Of a stretch of DNA of 64,000 bases, positions 9,301-18,769 are shown piece by piece. Within the stretch, counting starts at the first letter, position 1. Every line of letters starts with the position of its first letter. The DNA is from an uncultured Verrucomicrobiae bacterium. Lineage in GTDB: Bacteria > Verrucomicrobiota > Verrucomicrobiia > Limisphaerales > Palsa-1400. The notes under the pieces were generated by a model. The model was not told the origin of the DNA, did no database searches, and saw only the letters and a program-made list of their open reading frames with translations. Location: the NCBI GenBank assembly GCA_963764165.1, contig CAVXRD010000002.1, positions 1,856,001 through 1,920,000 of the forward strand, read 5' to 3'. The position numbers and the translations under genes are program-made.

Positions 9301-9543
9301 GACGAATGTCATCTCACGCGAAACCAGATCGCGATAGGGTGAAGGCGGCTCAGAGCCAATGAAAAACGACATCTCGCGAGAGACGATTTCCTGGTAGTTT
9401 GGCGAGTCAACTCGCCCTATGGCAAGAGAGACTTCGCGCGAAATGACTTCTTTGGCCAGCAGCCTGGACTGTTGCGCCTTCAGCGAAGGAAGACACGCGC
9501 TCAGCCATGCCAGCACTAGAAATATGGCGTAATTAGATCGCAT
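6388..9543 (-). CDS. Large secreted protein: FN3 repeats, DUF11-like and Ig/cadherin-like domains, C-terminal ...FYR domain
   Basis: Signal peptide; repeated LSW...Y.F.V..V modules; TG.ISWTP-like repeats; YVVESSTNL..W...FYRV tail. Confidence 0.85.
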   Translation of the reverse strand: MRSNYAIFLVLAWLSACLPSLKAQQSRLLAKEVISREVSLAIGRVDSPNYQEIVSREMSFFIGSEPPSPYRDLVSREMTFVVALTNPPAPVQGLLVTSPPAGGTATLSWRSYNQWAQSDVGSYWIFVSTTPFTNVTGMTPVIQVPGETLTCTLSNLPTGENLYFAVVPVDVTTNFVAAVNFAGAYPVARELVSRETALFIGGEPPSPYHDIVSREATIVVSTGVPPAPVTGLQVTSSPDGSTAILSWANYNQWAQQDVASYDIYYSDHAFANVIGMTPVGIVPGETLTFTLTNLPTGLDHFFAVVPVASSGLAYSGVNFAASYIVAREVVSRETAVFVGGDAPDGYRDLVSRELTVVVASTNAPGPIASQQGALIASTSTSAYGAINLDWSGYNFLAQGDITNYLIYVSPTYFTQVTNLAPFAYAPAETTSWVLRGLVPLGVYYVAVVPVDALGRFSTVVTSVSAQASIGVLGEVGNLQAVSGSSSIEFDWTPPSGAGTFLAEYRLYIGNSTTPLTLSPTAVTYAATGLQPAEPYSVRITTVDIFGQESSGVSLVAATLLAPPANLTAEALNQFVGLSWNASLPSQILKQYDVYISLTNFTSIAGITPALTTVQNQANISNLLNGQTYYFAVTAVNISGGASDLSQVVSATPEVVTNASSYLRIIVSPAVAYLGPDQNFSYSVTVTNTGITNLIGVSLVDALPPGLELESVTYGRGSADIGDNSFTWSVGNMATNSAFTMTVEVASGVLTNLVKLTNSISAADAGGLASASAIQILNLNAGLPAPILPLISNQVVNELTPLFVTNTASESDPAAVLVYTLIQPPAGMSISSNGIISWTPAQTQSPGTNTITTVVTATDSAISGAAPESATNSFVVVVKEVNVAPVLPLVSNQYVTELSRLIVSNTAAEPNFHAALAYTLTNPPVGLSISTNGIITWTPSTAQSSTTNMVTTVVTATDPFDPINPVLSATNSFIVIVNPGLLITGAKWEKGGLFQFTINSGAGTNYVVESSTNLMNWNFVLEIQGSGGPLTVVDPNAGANSESFYRVKTGAQ

Positions 9544-10077
9544 GATCGTGTTGCTGTTCAGTTCCTGGTGCCTGCGCGTTATGCGCGGAAGCTACATCAA
9601 GGACGAACGACATGAACTTGCATCGCAGCGTAACCGCCGTTGTAAATGGGAACTTCGGCGGTCCACCGTATTACCAATGGGTTCTGATTCAGCGTTTCAA
9701 ACACGATGGCCGGCGTGTCATAAAATTGGCCGCTGGAACGCGGCATAACTCGAACATTCACGGTTGATTCCGCTTCCACATTGGTGGTCAATACGGTCAC
9801 GGTTGTCGAAGTAATTTGCGGCAGCGTAACGTCGGCGCCGAGGGCTCCGAAGGATGAACGCGGGTCGGACGGCACCGGTAAGCCATTGATGGTTTCAAGC
9901 GCCACCGCAGGACCGGTAGTAGGCATCCAAATGATAGGGGTCGCACCGTTTGTTAATGGCAGGACGCTGGGATCAGGAACGATATTTTGAAGACTGCTGT
10001 TGTCTGTCACTTGTTCGATCCGAATACGACCAAAACCCACATTAGCACCCTCGCCACTGGCGCCACCAAAAGCATTA

Positions 10078-11178
10078 TTGATCTCTGTATAATATAGTGA
10101 CAATATCACCAAAGCTCGGCTTGCTTCCAGAAGGCAGTGACCAATTTGGGTCTGCGCCGCATCCGGCTCAGGGCCTTGCGCCCGCAATGACTCAACTTCG
10201 CCAGGTCGGCCGCGCAAAGATTGGGCAACTCGTGCTGCTTGAAGTAACCCCAGACATACTCGGTGGGATTGAGTTCGGGCGCATAGGCAGGCAGTCGTTC
10301 CACCCAGATTTTGCCTTTCAGTTGATCCACATAGTCCCGCACCAGCCGGCTGCGGTGGATGGGGCCACCGTCCCAAATGACCAGAAGCTTGCCCGGGATG
10401 TGGCGTTGCAGATGTTTCAAGAATTCGATCACCTGCGGGCCTTTGATGGTGCCGGGGTAAAGCCGGAAGTAAAAGTTCCAGACCGTCACGCCAGCGATGA
10501 TCGAAAGCTTTTTCCAGTTGAAGTCGAACTGCAATACCGGGGTCTGGCCGCGCGGCGCCCAAGTGCGAACCCGGTGCGGCTTCTGGCTCAATCCGCTCTC
10601 GTCGATGAAAACCACGATTCGCCTCTCGCGGAGGGCTTTTTTTTAAGCTGCGGCCAGCGCACTTTGCGCCAGCGGGTGATCTCCCGCTCATGGCGCTGCC
10701 GAGCCTGGGTGGTGGGCCGCTGGCAGCTCCAACCCAGCTTTTGCAGAAGCCGGCAAACATGGTCCTCGTGGTATTGGACGCCCGTCAACCGTTGGATAAC
10801 GGCGGCCACCCGCCGGGTGGTCCAAAGCTGGGTGCCAAAGTCATGGGCTTCGGGTCCCTGTTTGAGGGCCCGTTCCAACTGGCGGAAGTTCTCGTCGGTC
10901 AGGCGGGGCTTGCGCCCGGCTCGCCCAGCCTTTTTGAGAGAGGGCGCGCCATGGTCCTGCCAAGCCTTATGCCAGCGGCTGACCGATTGCCGGTGGACGC
11001 CAACTTGGCGGGCGACCTCGGCCTGGCTCAAGCCTCGGTCGAAAAGTTTGACGGCTTTCATGCGCCGCCGTTCCAGTCGTGCAAACTGCGCCAAATCGCG
11101 TTTTACGCCTTTAGGATTTCCCATGCCCAAAAATTAGCATAAAAACAATAATGTGTCACTATATTATGCAGAGATCAA
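10078..11178 (-). mobile_element. IS630-family insertion sequence (1101 bp)
   Basis: 25-bp terminal inverted repeats TTGATCTCTG(T/C)ATAATATAGTGACA with 1 mismatch; TA duplication at 10076-77 and 11179-80. Confidence 0.95.
10106..11124 (-). CDS. IS630 transposase in two overlapping ORFs (HTH + DDE) joined by a -1 frameshift
   Basis: orfA HTH; orfB FIDESG...WDGG..H...PELNPTE; A8 run at 10637-10644. Confidence 0.9.
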
Positions 11179-12642
11179 TAAGCACGCCATCTCCCAAAAG
11201 TGTGTTTGCCACCAGGCGAATACCTCCGCCGCTACCAGGGCTATTATGCCAATCTTGATTGCCAATCCCATTCGCGCCGCCTCCGTTTGCGTGTATTGTC
11301 CCATTTAACGTCAGATCATTGGCCACCGCAATCAGCATCGCGCCGCCACCGCCCCCGCCAGACAGGCTAGGAAATTTGTTGTTATCGCCGGAACCGCCCG
11401 ATCCACCTATAAGCGGGATCAACGACGGGTTCCCGTAGGGGGCGGGAGCGTTTCCGCTCGTTGTTGTTCCATAGTTAGCACCCCAGTCGTTGTCGTTGAT
11501 GAACCAAGTGCCGGGTCCGAATCCGGTTGCTGGGCCAGCACCACCGCCAATATTACCAACACCACCCCTAAATCCACCGGGGCCTGGCTCCGCCAGGAAA
11601 GGCGCGCCTGCTTGAGCCCACCCGTCCAAAGAGATCGTGCCCTCAATATCCACATTACCACTGACCAACCACACTACCGGCGCGCGGCTGGGATGGTTTA
11701 TAAACGTTACCGTCGCACCGGCCTGGATGATAACATTGGTATACTTGAACACCACTGCCCATTGCACAGGGTCATAGACACCGTTACCTGCATTGGTGGA
11801 ATTATTCTGGCTCCAAACACCAGTCGTGGCCTGGCTCAGATCGATATTCGTGCTGGTAATGACCAGCAACGAACCATCCGAACCATCGCTCGGGACGACG
11901 ATTTGAGCGAAGGTCGCAGGCGCAATCACACCAAGTGCGAGGGCGAGAGCTGAAGTGGCGAGTAGTCGAATCAAGGTTTTCATAGGCTTTTCTGTGTTGA
12001 GGTTAATTAAAGGCAAGTGCGGTTTGTAAAATAGGTGTCTAGAGAGTGCGGCTGAAAAGCACAAAGGTGAGGCTCGGCAGGAGCCTCTCCCTATCGTAAT
12101 TCGCTGTTGGGACGGGTGCGCTGCCATCGCTGATCGTATTCTTCTGGCCGGAAAATTTCATGTCACAGCATTCTTCAATGGATACATATGGCGTTTTTTT
12201 GGATCCGTTGCAGAAATAATGAAAATATTTTCAGTGGCAGGAATGCTTCGGAAGGATGGCGCAGCGGACGCAGGCTCGGCGAATCGATTTTCCGCGATTT
12301 CATTTGGTTGTTCCCCGTCAAATAAAACGCCGGCAAATTCCAAAATTTCCGGAGTCCGGCTGGGCACACGCCACGCTGGAAAAAATGCTACGAACTGATG
12401 GATATGGTTTTGAAGATATCTCAGCTCGAAAGCAAATTGAGTCAACTAAATTGTTATTTTGCGCATCCTCCTTATCGACTAGGAGTGACAGTCACCGGAA
12501 ATGTGAAGCGAAGAGTGAGGCTCCTGTCCGTCCAGTCGGGCGCTTATTGGAATTCCAGAGGGGCTTCTTCAGGGCTCGACAGAGTTTCGCCATGCCAAGA
12601 TTGGTGCTGACGGCGGTGGAAGCGCTCGCTAACATTCACGCA

Positions 12643-13644
12643 ATGGTTCGCAAATTTATTTTTAGGATCGCGCTGCTTCTGGCAACTGCGACCGCGTATG
12701 CCCAATCAACATCCCCGCCCTCAGATGGAAACAAAACGCACTCCGGCAATCCGATTTTTCCGGGGTGGTACGCGGATCCGGAGGCAAAGGTGTTTGGCAA
12801 GACTTATTGGATTTATCCAACCTATTCCGCCCCTTATGGCGAGCAAACGTTTTTTGACGCGTTTTCCTCGCCGGACCTCGTGCATTGGACGAAGCATTCG
12901 CGGATCATGAGCAGCAATACCGTCACTTGGGCGCATCGCGCGATTTGGGCGCCGGCGGTGGCGGAGAAGGAGGGGCGTTATTTTATTTTCTTCGGCGCGA
13001 ACGATATTCAAAAAGACGGCCAAGCTGGCGGCCTCGGCGTGGCGGTGGCGGACAAGCCGGAGGGGCCGTTCAATGATTATCTGGGCAAGCCGCTGATCGA
13101 CCGTTTTTACAATGGCGCGCAGCCGATTGATCCGTTCGTTTTTCACGATACCGATGGTCAATACTATTTGATTTATGGCGGATGGAGCCATTGCAATGTC
13201 TGCCTTCTGACGGATGATTTTCGCGGCATCAAACCGATGGCGGACGGCGCGCTGTTCAAGGAAATCACGCCCAAAGGCTACGTCGAAGGTTCGGTGATGC
13301 TCAAACGCGGCGGCAAATATTATTTCATGTGGTCGGAAGGCGGCTGGGGAGGGCCGAATTACTCCGTTGCCTACGCAATGGCGGATTCGCCGCTGGGGCC
13401 GTTTCAGCGCATTGGGAAGATTCTGCAGCAGGATCCCAAGGTTGCGACTGGCGCGGGGCATCATTCGGTGATTCAAGTTCCGGGGACGGATAGATACTAT
13501 ATTGTCTACCACCGGCGGCCGCTGGGCGAAACGGACGGCAACCATCGAGTGACTTGCATCGACAAGATGGAATTCGACGAGCAAGGCCTCATCAAACCTG
13601 TGAAGATCACATTCGAAGGCGTCCCGGGAACTCCGATTCCGTGA
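12643..13644 (+). CDS. Glycoside hydrolase family 43
   Basis: Signal peptide; YADP, WAP, IDP, EG and GHHS motifs. Confidence 0.92.
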   Translation: MVRKFIFRIALLLATATAYAQSTSPPSDGNKTHSGNPIFPGWYADPEAKVFGKTYWIYPTYSAPYGEQTFFDAFSSPDLVHWTKHSRIMSSNTVTWAHRAIWAPAVAEKEGRYFIFFGANDIQKDGQAGGLGVAVADKPEGPFNDYLGKPLIDRFYNGAQPIDPFVFHDTDGQYYLIYGGWSHCNVCLLTDDFRGIKPMADGALFKEITPKGYVEGSVMLKRGGKYYFMWSEGGWGGPNYSVAYAMADSPLGPFQRIGKILQQDPKVATGAGHHSVIQVPGTDRYYIVYHRRPLGETDGNHRVTCIDKMEFDEQGLIKPVKITFEGVPGTPIP

Positions 13645-14224
13645 CGGGAAGAGAGGTTTGATCGGGGGTTGCTGGATTCCCCCGCCTCATCCACCAAAGG
13701 CCGATCACCCAAACACACGCCGCTCCCATCCCAATCCAGCCGACCGTTCGCACGACGGCGGCGATGTGCGTGTCGCGCTGCAGAACGCCCCAGCGTCCAA
13801 AAATCGTCCACCAGTCGTGTTCGCCGCCACCAACCAACGGCAAAACTTGCTCCCGCGCATCGGCCATATAGCGGGCGATGTTCAGCCAATTCTCAAAGAA
13901 CCAAATGACGGCGGCGGCAAACGCAATCGCATCACGCTTGCGCCAAAACGAGATGGCTAATATCACCGGAAAAGTTAGCTGCCCCATCGTGCCTCCGTAG
14001 ACCATCAAGCGGTTGCTGAAAATTCCGTACAATGGATGGCCGGCTTCGTGGAACATCAAATTCGCGTCGTCCAGGGCGAACACGAAGCCAGGCGTGGACT
14101 TTAGAACCAGAATGAGAAAAAGGAAGACGCCGGCCAAAAAACCCGTCAGCTTCCGGGTAGGAATGCAGTCCCATCGCGCGCTGCCTGGCAATTGGATATT
14201 CAAAGCTCGCTCACATTCTAACAT
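13607..14224 (-). CDS. Membrane protein with HExxH motif (M50B-like putative metalloprotease)
   Basis: FHEAGH, GGTMGQL, YMADA, GGGEHDW; 4 TM segments. Confidence 0.65.
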   Translation of the reverse strand: MLECERALNIQLPGSARWDCIPTRKLTGFLAGVFLFLILVLKSTPGFVFALDDANLMFHEAGHPLYGIFSNRLMVYGGTMGQLTFPVILAISFWRKRDAIAFAAAVIWFFENWLNIARYMADAREQVLPLVGGGEHDWWTIFGRWGVLQRDTHIAAVVRTVGWIGMGAACVWVIGLWWMRRGNPATPDQTSLPVTESEFPGRLRM

Positions 14225-17152
14225 TTACTTTGCCGCATGAAATAAAACTTCCTTCTGGATCGGCATCCGCTCGAAGCCCGGCCCCGACCAATCCGTTGTC
14301 AACGAAATGATCTCCGTGCATTTGTAAGTTTTCAAGGTGAAGGCATGATACCCTTGGCGCAGCGCCAAGGTCGCCTGCTGCGGGAGCGCGGCGTCCTTGC
14401 GGCAATCGCTTTCGAATTGCTCCTGGCCATCGATCAACAATTGGCCGCCGTCCTTCGCCGCCACGTAAAAGGTGTATTCGCCATCCCTGGGAATTTTGAT
14501 GAATCCATCGAACGCGCTGGCGACCCAATTCGTCCGCTGAATGATCGCCGTCGTGGGCCGATCCACCACGCCGGTGGCAACAGGGTGGTCTCGGGCAAAA
14601 TCGTAGACCGACCGATAAATACCCTCGTAATACGCATAAGCCAATCCCGGCGCCGGTTCCGCCGCAAGAGTCAGCGCCTCGGCGGGGCTCAGCATCCGTT
14701 CCACCGTGAGGCTTGGCGACATTCCGGTTTTGAAGGCGCGCATCTTCACGGTGGTTTTGGCGCTCACGTCGAACGCCCCCTCGTAAAGGCGCGAGTGGGA
14801 GTCGGGCGTTGCTCCATCGATGGTGTAATGGATTTCCGCGCCGGGTTCGTCGCATTTCATTTCGACTTTTGCGGTATCCAAAAATTTGTCTGAAATCCGT
14901 GTCAAATATGGCGGGGCGCAAACGCGCGCGGCGAGAGGAAGTTCCGCCACATGCGCCGCCCATTTCTCGTTCGGCCTGGCCCCCATCACAAAATCCAGCT
15001 TGCCACCCGCCATGATTGCCGCGTGGGTCAATGTGTAATTGTCGAGTTTCTTTCCATCCAAACGCGCGCTTTGGATGTAGACGTTCTCCGCGCTGTTGTC
15101 GCGGGCGCTGATCGTGAACGTTTTGTGTCCCGGCAGGTGCATCGCCGCCTTTTCAAAGAGCGGGCTGCCGATGACATAACCCGGTCTTCCCGGGCACATC
15201 GAATAAAAGCCCAGAGCGCTCATCACATACCACGCGGAAATCTGGCCGCAATCGTCGTTGCCGTTCAAACCGGCTGGCTTGTCGTCGTATTGCTCCTGCA
15301 AAACGCGCCTCACCATCGACTGCGTTTTCCACGGCTGGCCGGCAAAATCGTAAAGATACGCGATGTGATGGCTGGGCTCGTTGCCGTGCGCGTATTGGCC
15401 GATCAATCCGGAAATGTCGTTCTCATCGCCCAAATCGATTGTCATCTTCGTTGTGAAAAGCTTGTCCAGATATTTTGCCAGGCCCGCTTTGCCGCCGAGC
15501 AGCTCGGTCAGCCCCGCGATGTCATGCGGAACGAAGAGGCTGTATTGCCACGCGTTGCCTTCGGTGTAGTTGAGGCCCGGCGCCTGCGGATCAAACGGCG
15601 CGGACCATTGGTGGGCGTCATCCTTGCCGCGCATGTATCCGACGGACGGATCGTAAATGTCCCGGTAAAATTGCGAGCGCGCGGTGAAATATTCGTAGTC
15701 ATCCACCCGCCCGAGCGCGGCTGCCATTTGCGAGATGCACCAATCGTCGTAAGCGTATTCGAGCGTTTTCGAAACGGCCTGGCTGCCTTTGTTCGCGGGC
15801 ACATATCCGAGTGTTCGATAATCCTTGATGCCGCGTTTGTTGAGGAACGCCGTTTTTTTCATCTCGGTGAACGCCGCTTGCGCGTCGATGTTCGTGATGC
15901 CTTTCGCATACGCGTCCGCAATCACCGAGACACCGTGATAGCCGATCATGCAGCGCGTGTCGTTGGCGGCGAGTTCCCACATCGGGATTTCACCGAATAG
16001 TTGACTCATGTTGACCAGCGTCTTCGCAAAATCCGCCGAGCGCTCGGGATCGAGAATGGTCAGGAACGGATGCAGCCCGCGAAACGTGTCCCACAACGAG
16101 AACACCGTGTAATTCGTGAAACCAACCGCGGTGTGGACGTTGCCATCCATGCCGCGATATTGCCTGTCCACGTCCTGGAACAAATTCGGCGTCAGCAGAG
16201 CGTGGTAAAGCGCGGTGTAGAAAATGCGGCGATCACGGGGCGTTCCGCCTTTCACATCGATCATCGAGAGATATTTGTTCCACGTCTTTCTCGCGTCTGA
16301 CCGAGCCTCGTCAAAACTCAAATGCGACGCTTCCGCCTCGATATTTTTCCACGCGCCCTCCGCGCTGACCGCTGAAGTCGCGACCTTCACTTCAACTTGC
16401 TCGCCGGGCTTGACGTCGAATTGCAGCAGCGCCTGCAAGGCCGTGCCGTTCACACGCCTCGCCGAATTCGCCTGCCCGCGCTCGTAGATTTTCGGATCAG
16501 AGAATGGTTTGGAAAATTCCATCGCGAAATAATGGAATTGATCGCCTGCCCAAAACTTCGACCGCCGAAAACCTTCGACGCGCCGGTCGCTCACGACGTT
16601 GATGAAACCTTCAGTCACCGGATCGCGATGGATGAGATCGACGAGGAAATGGGCCGGGCCGCCCTGCTGAAACGTATACCGATGCAGCCCGACCCGGTCG
16701 GTCGCGGTCAACTCGGCCTTCACTTGATAATCGTCCAGCACAACGGTGTAATATCCCGGCTCCGCCTTTTCCGTTTCATGGCGAAACGCGCTGCGATAGC
16801 CGCTGCGCGGAATATTCGTCTCACCCGGGGCGAGTTTCGGCTCGCCCGTGATTGGCGTGAGAAGAATATCACCGTAATCCGGCACACCCACTCCCGAAAG
16901 ATGCGTGTGGCTGAAACCAAGAATGGTTGTATCCGCAATGTAATATCCGGCGCAACTGTCCCACGAATTATCATTCCGCGTGTCCGGCCCCACTTGCATC
17001 ATGCCAAACGGCATGCTCGGCCCGGGGAACGTGTGGCCGTGGCCGCCGGTGCCAATAAAAACATCCACATCCGCCAGGTTATCGGCCCGCGCCGCAAGGG
17101 AGAAGAGCGCGAGAGTCAACAACCACAATCCGAGCCAAGATTTTCGTCTCAT
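14225..17152 (-). CDS. GH92 alpha-mannosidase with C-terminal chitobiase/FN3-associated and PA14 domains
   Basis: GTGGHGHTFPG, SLWDTFR, TEGNAWQY, HGNEPSHH, GNDDCGQ; IHYTIDG..P; PA14-like tail. Confidence 0.93.
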   Translation of the reverse strand: MRRKSWLGLWLLTLALFSLAARADNLADVDVFIGTGGHGHTFPGPSMPFGMMQVGPDTRNDNSWDSCAGYYIADTTILGFSHTHLSGVGVPDYGDILLTPITGEPKLAPGETNIPRSGYRSAFRHETEKAEPGYYTVVLDDYQVKAELTATDRVGLHRYTFQQGGPAHFLVDLIHRDPVTEGFINVVSDRRVEGFRRSKFWAGDQFHYFAMEFSKPFSDPKIYERGQANSARRVNGTALQALLQFDVKPGEQVEVKVATSAVSAEGAWKNIEAEASHLSFDEARSDARKTWNKYLSMIDVKGGTPRDRRIFYTALYHALLTPNLFQDVDRQYRGMDGNVHTAVGFTNYTVFSLWDTFRGLHPFLTILDPERSADFAKTLVNMSQLFGEIPMWELAANDTRCMIGYHGVSVIADAYAKGITNIDAQAAFTEMKKTAFLNKRGIKDYRTLGYVPANKGSQAVSKTLEYAYDDWCISQMAAALGRVDDYEYFTARSQFYRDIYDPSVGYMRGKDDAHQWSAPFDPQAPGLNYTEGNAWQYSLFVPHDIAGLTELLGGKAGLAKYLDKLFTTKMTIDLGDENDISGLIGQYAHGNEPSHHIAYLYDFAGQPWKTQSMVRRVLQEQYDDKPAGLNGNDDCGQISAWYVMSALGFYSMCPGRPGYVIGSPLFEKAAMHLPGHKTFTISARDNSAENVYIQSARLDGKKLDNYTLTHAAIMAGGKLDFVMGARPNEKWAAHVAELPLAARVCAPPYLTRISDKFLDTAKVEMKCDEPGAEIHYTIDGATPDSHSRLYEGAFDVSAKTTVKMRAFKTGMSPSLTVERMLSPAEALTLAAEPAPGLAYAYYEGIYRSVYDFARDHPVATGVVDRPTTAIIQRTNWVASAFDGFIKIPRDGEYTFYVAAKDGGQLLIDGQEQFESDCRKDAALPQQATLALRQGYHAFTLKTYKCTEIISLTTDWSGPGFERMPIQKEVLFHAAK

Positions 17153-17207
17153 CGAGTCGGAACCTTAGCGCAGGCACCCGCGCGATGACCAGATTGTTTA
17201 TGGCCGT

Positions 17208-17675
17208 TCAGAAGCGAACGGCGAGGATTTCCAAATTTTGCCGGCCCCCCGGGGTGTTGAAGCGAACTCGGTCGCCGACGCGTGCTTTGAGCAGCGCTTT
17301 CGCCAGTGGAGACAGCCAACTGATCCAATTCCGATCCATGTCCGCTTCGTCCACTCCGACAATGCGATAGCTGGTTTCCTCGCCCCGTTGGTCGCGAACG
17401 GTGACCGTGGCGCCGAAAAGAACCTGGTCCCACGGTGGTGCTGGCGGTGACGGAGCAGTCGCCGCCGTCTCCAGAATTTGCTGGATTTCAAAGATGCGCT
17501 GCCGAACGGATGGCGATTCCGGTTCGGCAGCGAGTTCTTCCATTTCACGGTGGAGACGGTCCAAGCCATCGGGCGTGAAATAATTCTTTACGCCGGGCGG
17601 AAGGGAATTGGCCTGTCGTCTCAGCACCGGACGCTCCGGCAGGTCGTCTGTTTCGCGTGTGAATGCCTTGCTCAT
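17208..17675 (-). CDS. GreA/GreB-family elongation factor
   Basis: MSKAFTRE...VLFGATV...YRIVGVDEAD...ISWLSPLAKALL. Confidence 0.9.
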   Translation of the reverse strand: MSKAFTRETDDLPERPVLRRQANSLPPGVKNYFTPDGLDRLHREMEELAAEPESPSVRQRIFEIQQILETAATAPSPPAPPWDQVLFGATVTVRDQRGEETSYRIVGVDEADMDRNWISWLSPLAKALLKARVGDRVRFNTPGGRQNLEILAVRF

Positions 17676-17834
17676 GACGAGATAATATACACCGTAACTT
17701 CGGAATCGGCATGAGGGCTTTCCCCGGTTTTCTTCCTCTGGCCTTTTGAAGACGCCTGGCGTCGTGCCAGGGCAGACGCATCTTAATTCTTGTAATCTAT
17801 TGAATATCGGCGAGCGACCAGATCGCTGATTGGA

Positions 17835-17859
17835 AGGGACGCCTCGCCGAGGCGTCCCT
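17835..17859. repeat. REP-like hairpin
   Basis: AGGGACGCCTC-GCC-GAGGCGTCCCT; same family as 60668-60750. Confidence 0.7.
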
Positions 17860-17971
17860 GCCTTGGAATTAAGACGCGTTTGCCCTGGGCTGGGTGCGCC
17901 CAGTCATTGACGTCGAGAGTATTTTTTGTATGGTCGTGGCATATTCAATATCAGTTGCGAGAAGGAATTAT

Positions 17972-18484
17972 ATGCAAAAAATCACGACCTTTCTTTGGTT
18001 CGATACCGAAGCGGAGGAGGCCGCTAAGTATTATGTCTCCATCTTTAAGAACTCGAAAATCCTGAGCGTCACGCACTATGGTGCGGCCGGCTCGAAGGCT
18101 TCCGGACGGCCGCTCGGCCTCGTGATGACGGTGGAATTTCAGTTGGAGGGGCAGAAGTTCGTCGCGCTTAACGGCGGGCCTCATTTCAAATTCACCGAAG
18201 CCATTTCGCTCGTCGTCAATTGTGAGACGCAGGCGGAAGTGAATACGATGTGGAAAAAACTGTCCGCCGGCGGCGAGGAGAGCCAATGCGGATGGCTGAA
18301 GGATAAATACGGGTTGTCATGGCAAATCACCCCCGTCGAGTTGATGGACGCGATCAAGAGCAAAGACCCAGAGATAGTCGAGCGCGCGATGGCGGAAATG
18401 ATGAAAATGACTAAAATCGAGTTGGCGCCGATCAGAAAAGCCATCCGGCAGGCGCCTGGAAAACGAAAAGGGACCGCCACTTGA
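17972..18484 (+). CDS. VOC/PhnB-like (3-demethylubiquinone-9 methyltransferase-like family) protein
   Basis: MQKITTFLWF...LNGGP.FKFTEAISL...CGWLKDKYGLSWQI. Confidence 0.92.
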   Translation: MQKITTFLWFDTEAEEAAKYYVSIFKNSKILSVTHYGAAGSKASGRPLGLVMTVEFQLEGQKFVALNGGPHFKFTEAISLVVNCETQAEVNTMWKKLSAGGEESQCGWLKDKYGLSWQITPVELMDAIKSKDPEIVERAMAEMMKMTKIELAPIRKAIRQAPGKRKGTAT

Positions 18485-18769
18485 TGCGCAGTGCGGACGC
18501 GCCTCACGCCCCCGCATCGGCCCGCGAGGATGGACTGGCTGTCCTGATGCTGAAAACAGACCGCGCGGGACCAGTCCTCCGCGTTTGAATCCTGCCTAGG
18601 ATCATTTGTCCGCGTTGACGATGACACAGCCGATTGGTTCTGGCCAAAGCCGGAGAAGGACGCATTGCGACAAACGTCGGATCCCTGGATTTGATGTCAC
18701 GAAAATGGGTTGCAAATATTGGCGGCGCGAGCCAGATTTCGCCGGGCCAATCTTTCGAGCCCTGACGTC

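Larger units (their letters stand above)
9597..11983 (-). pseudogene. Secreted glycine-rich protein interrupted by IS630
   Basis: Removing 10076-11178 rejoins ...LLGDGVL|NAFGGASGEG... in frame, giving 427 aa from MKTLIRLL. Confidence 0.9.

Noticed and set aside
9597..10760. 387 aa ORF in the track
   Set aside because: Chimera of an off-frame IS630 reading and the 3' half of the interrupted gene
6281..12640. A second island 3' of the tRNA
   Set aside because: Plausible from content, but no duplicated tRNA 3' end or integrase was found to bound it
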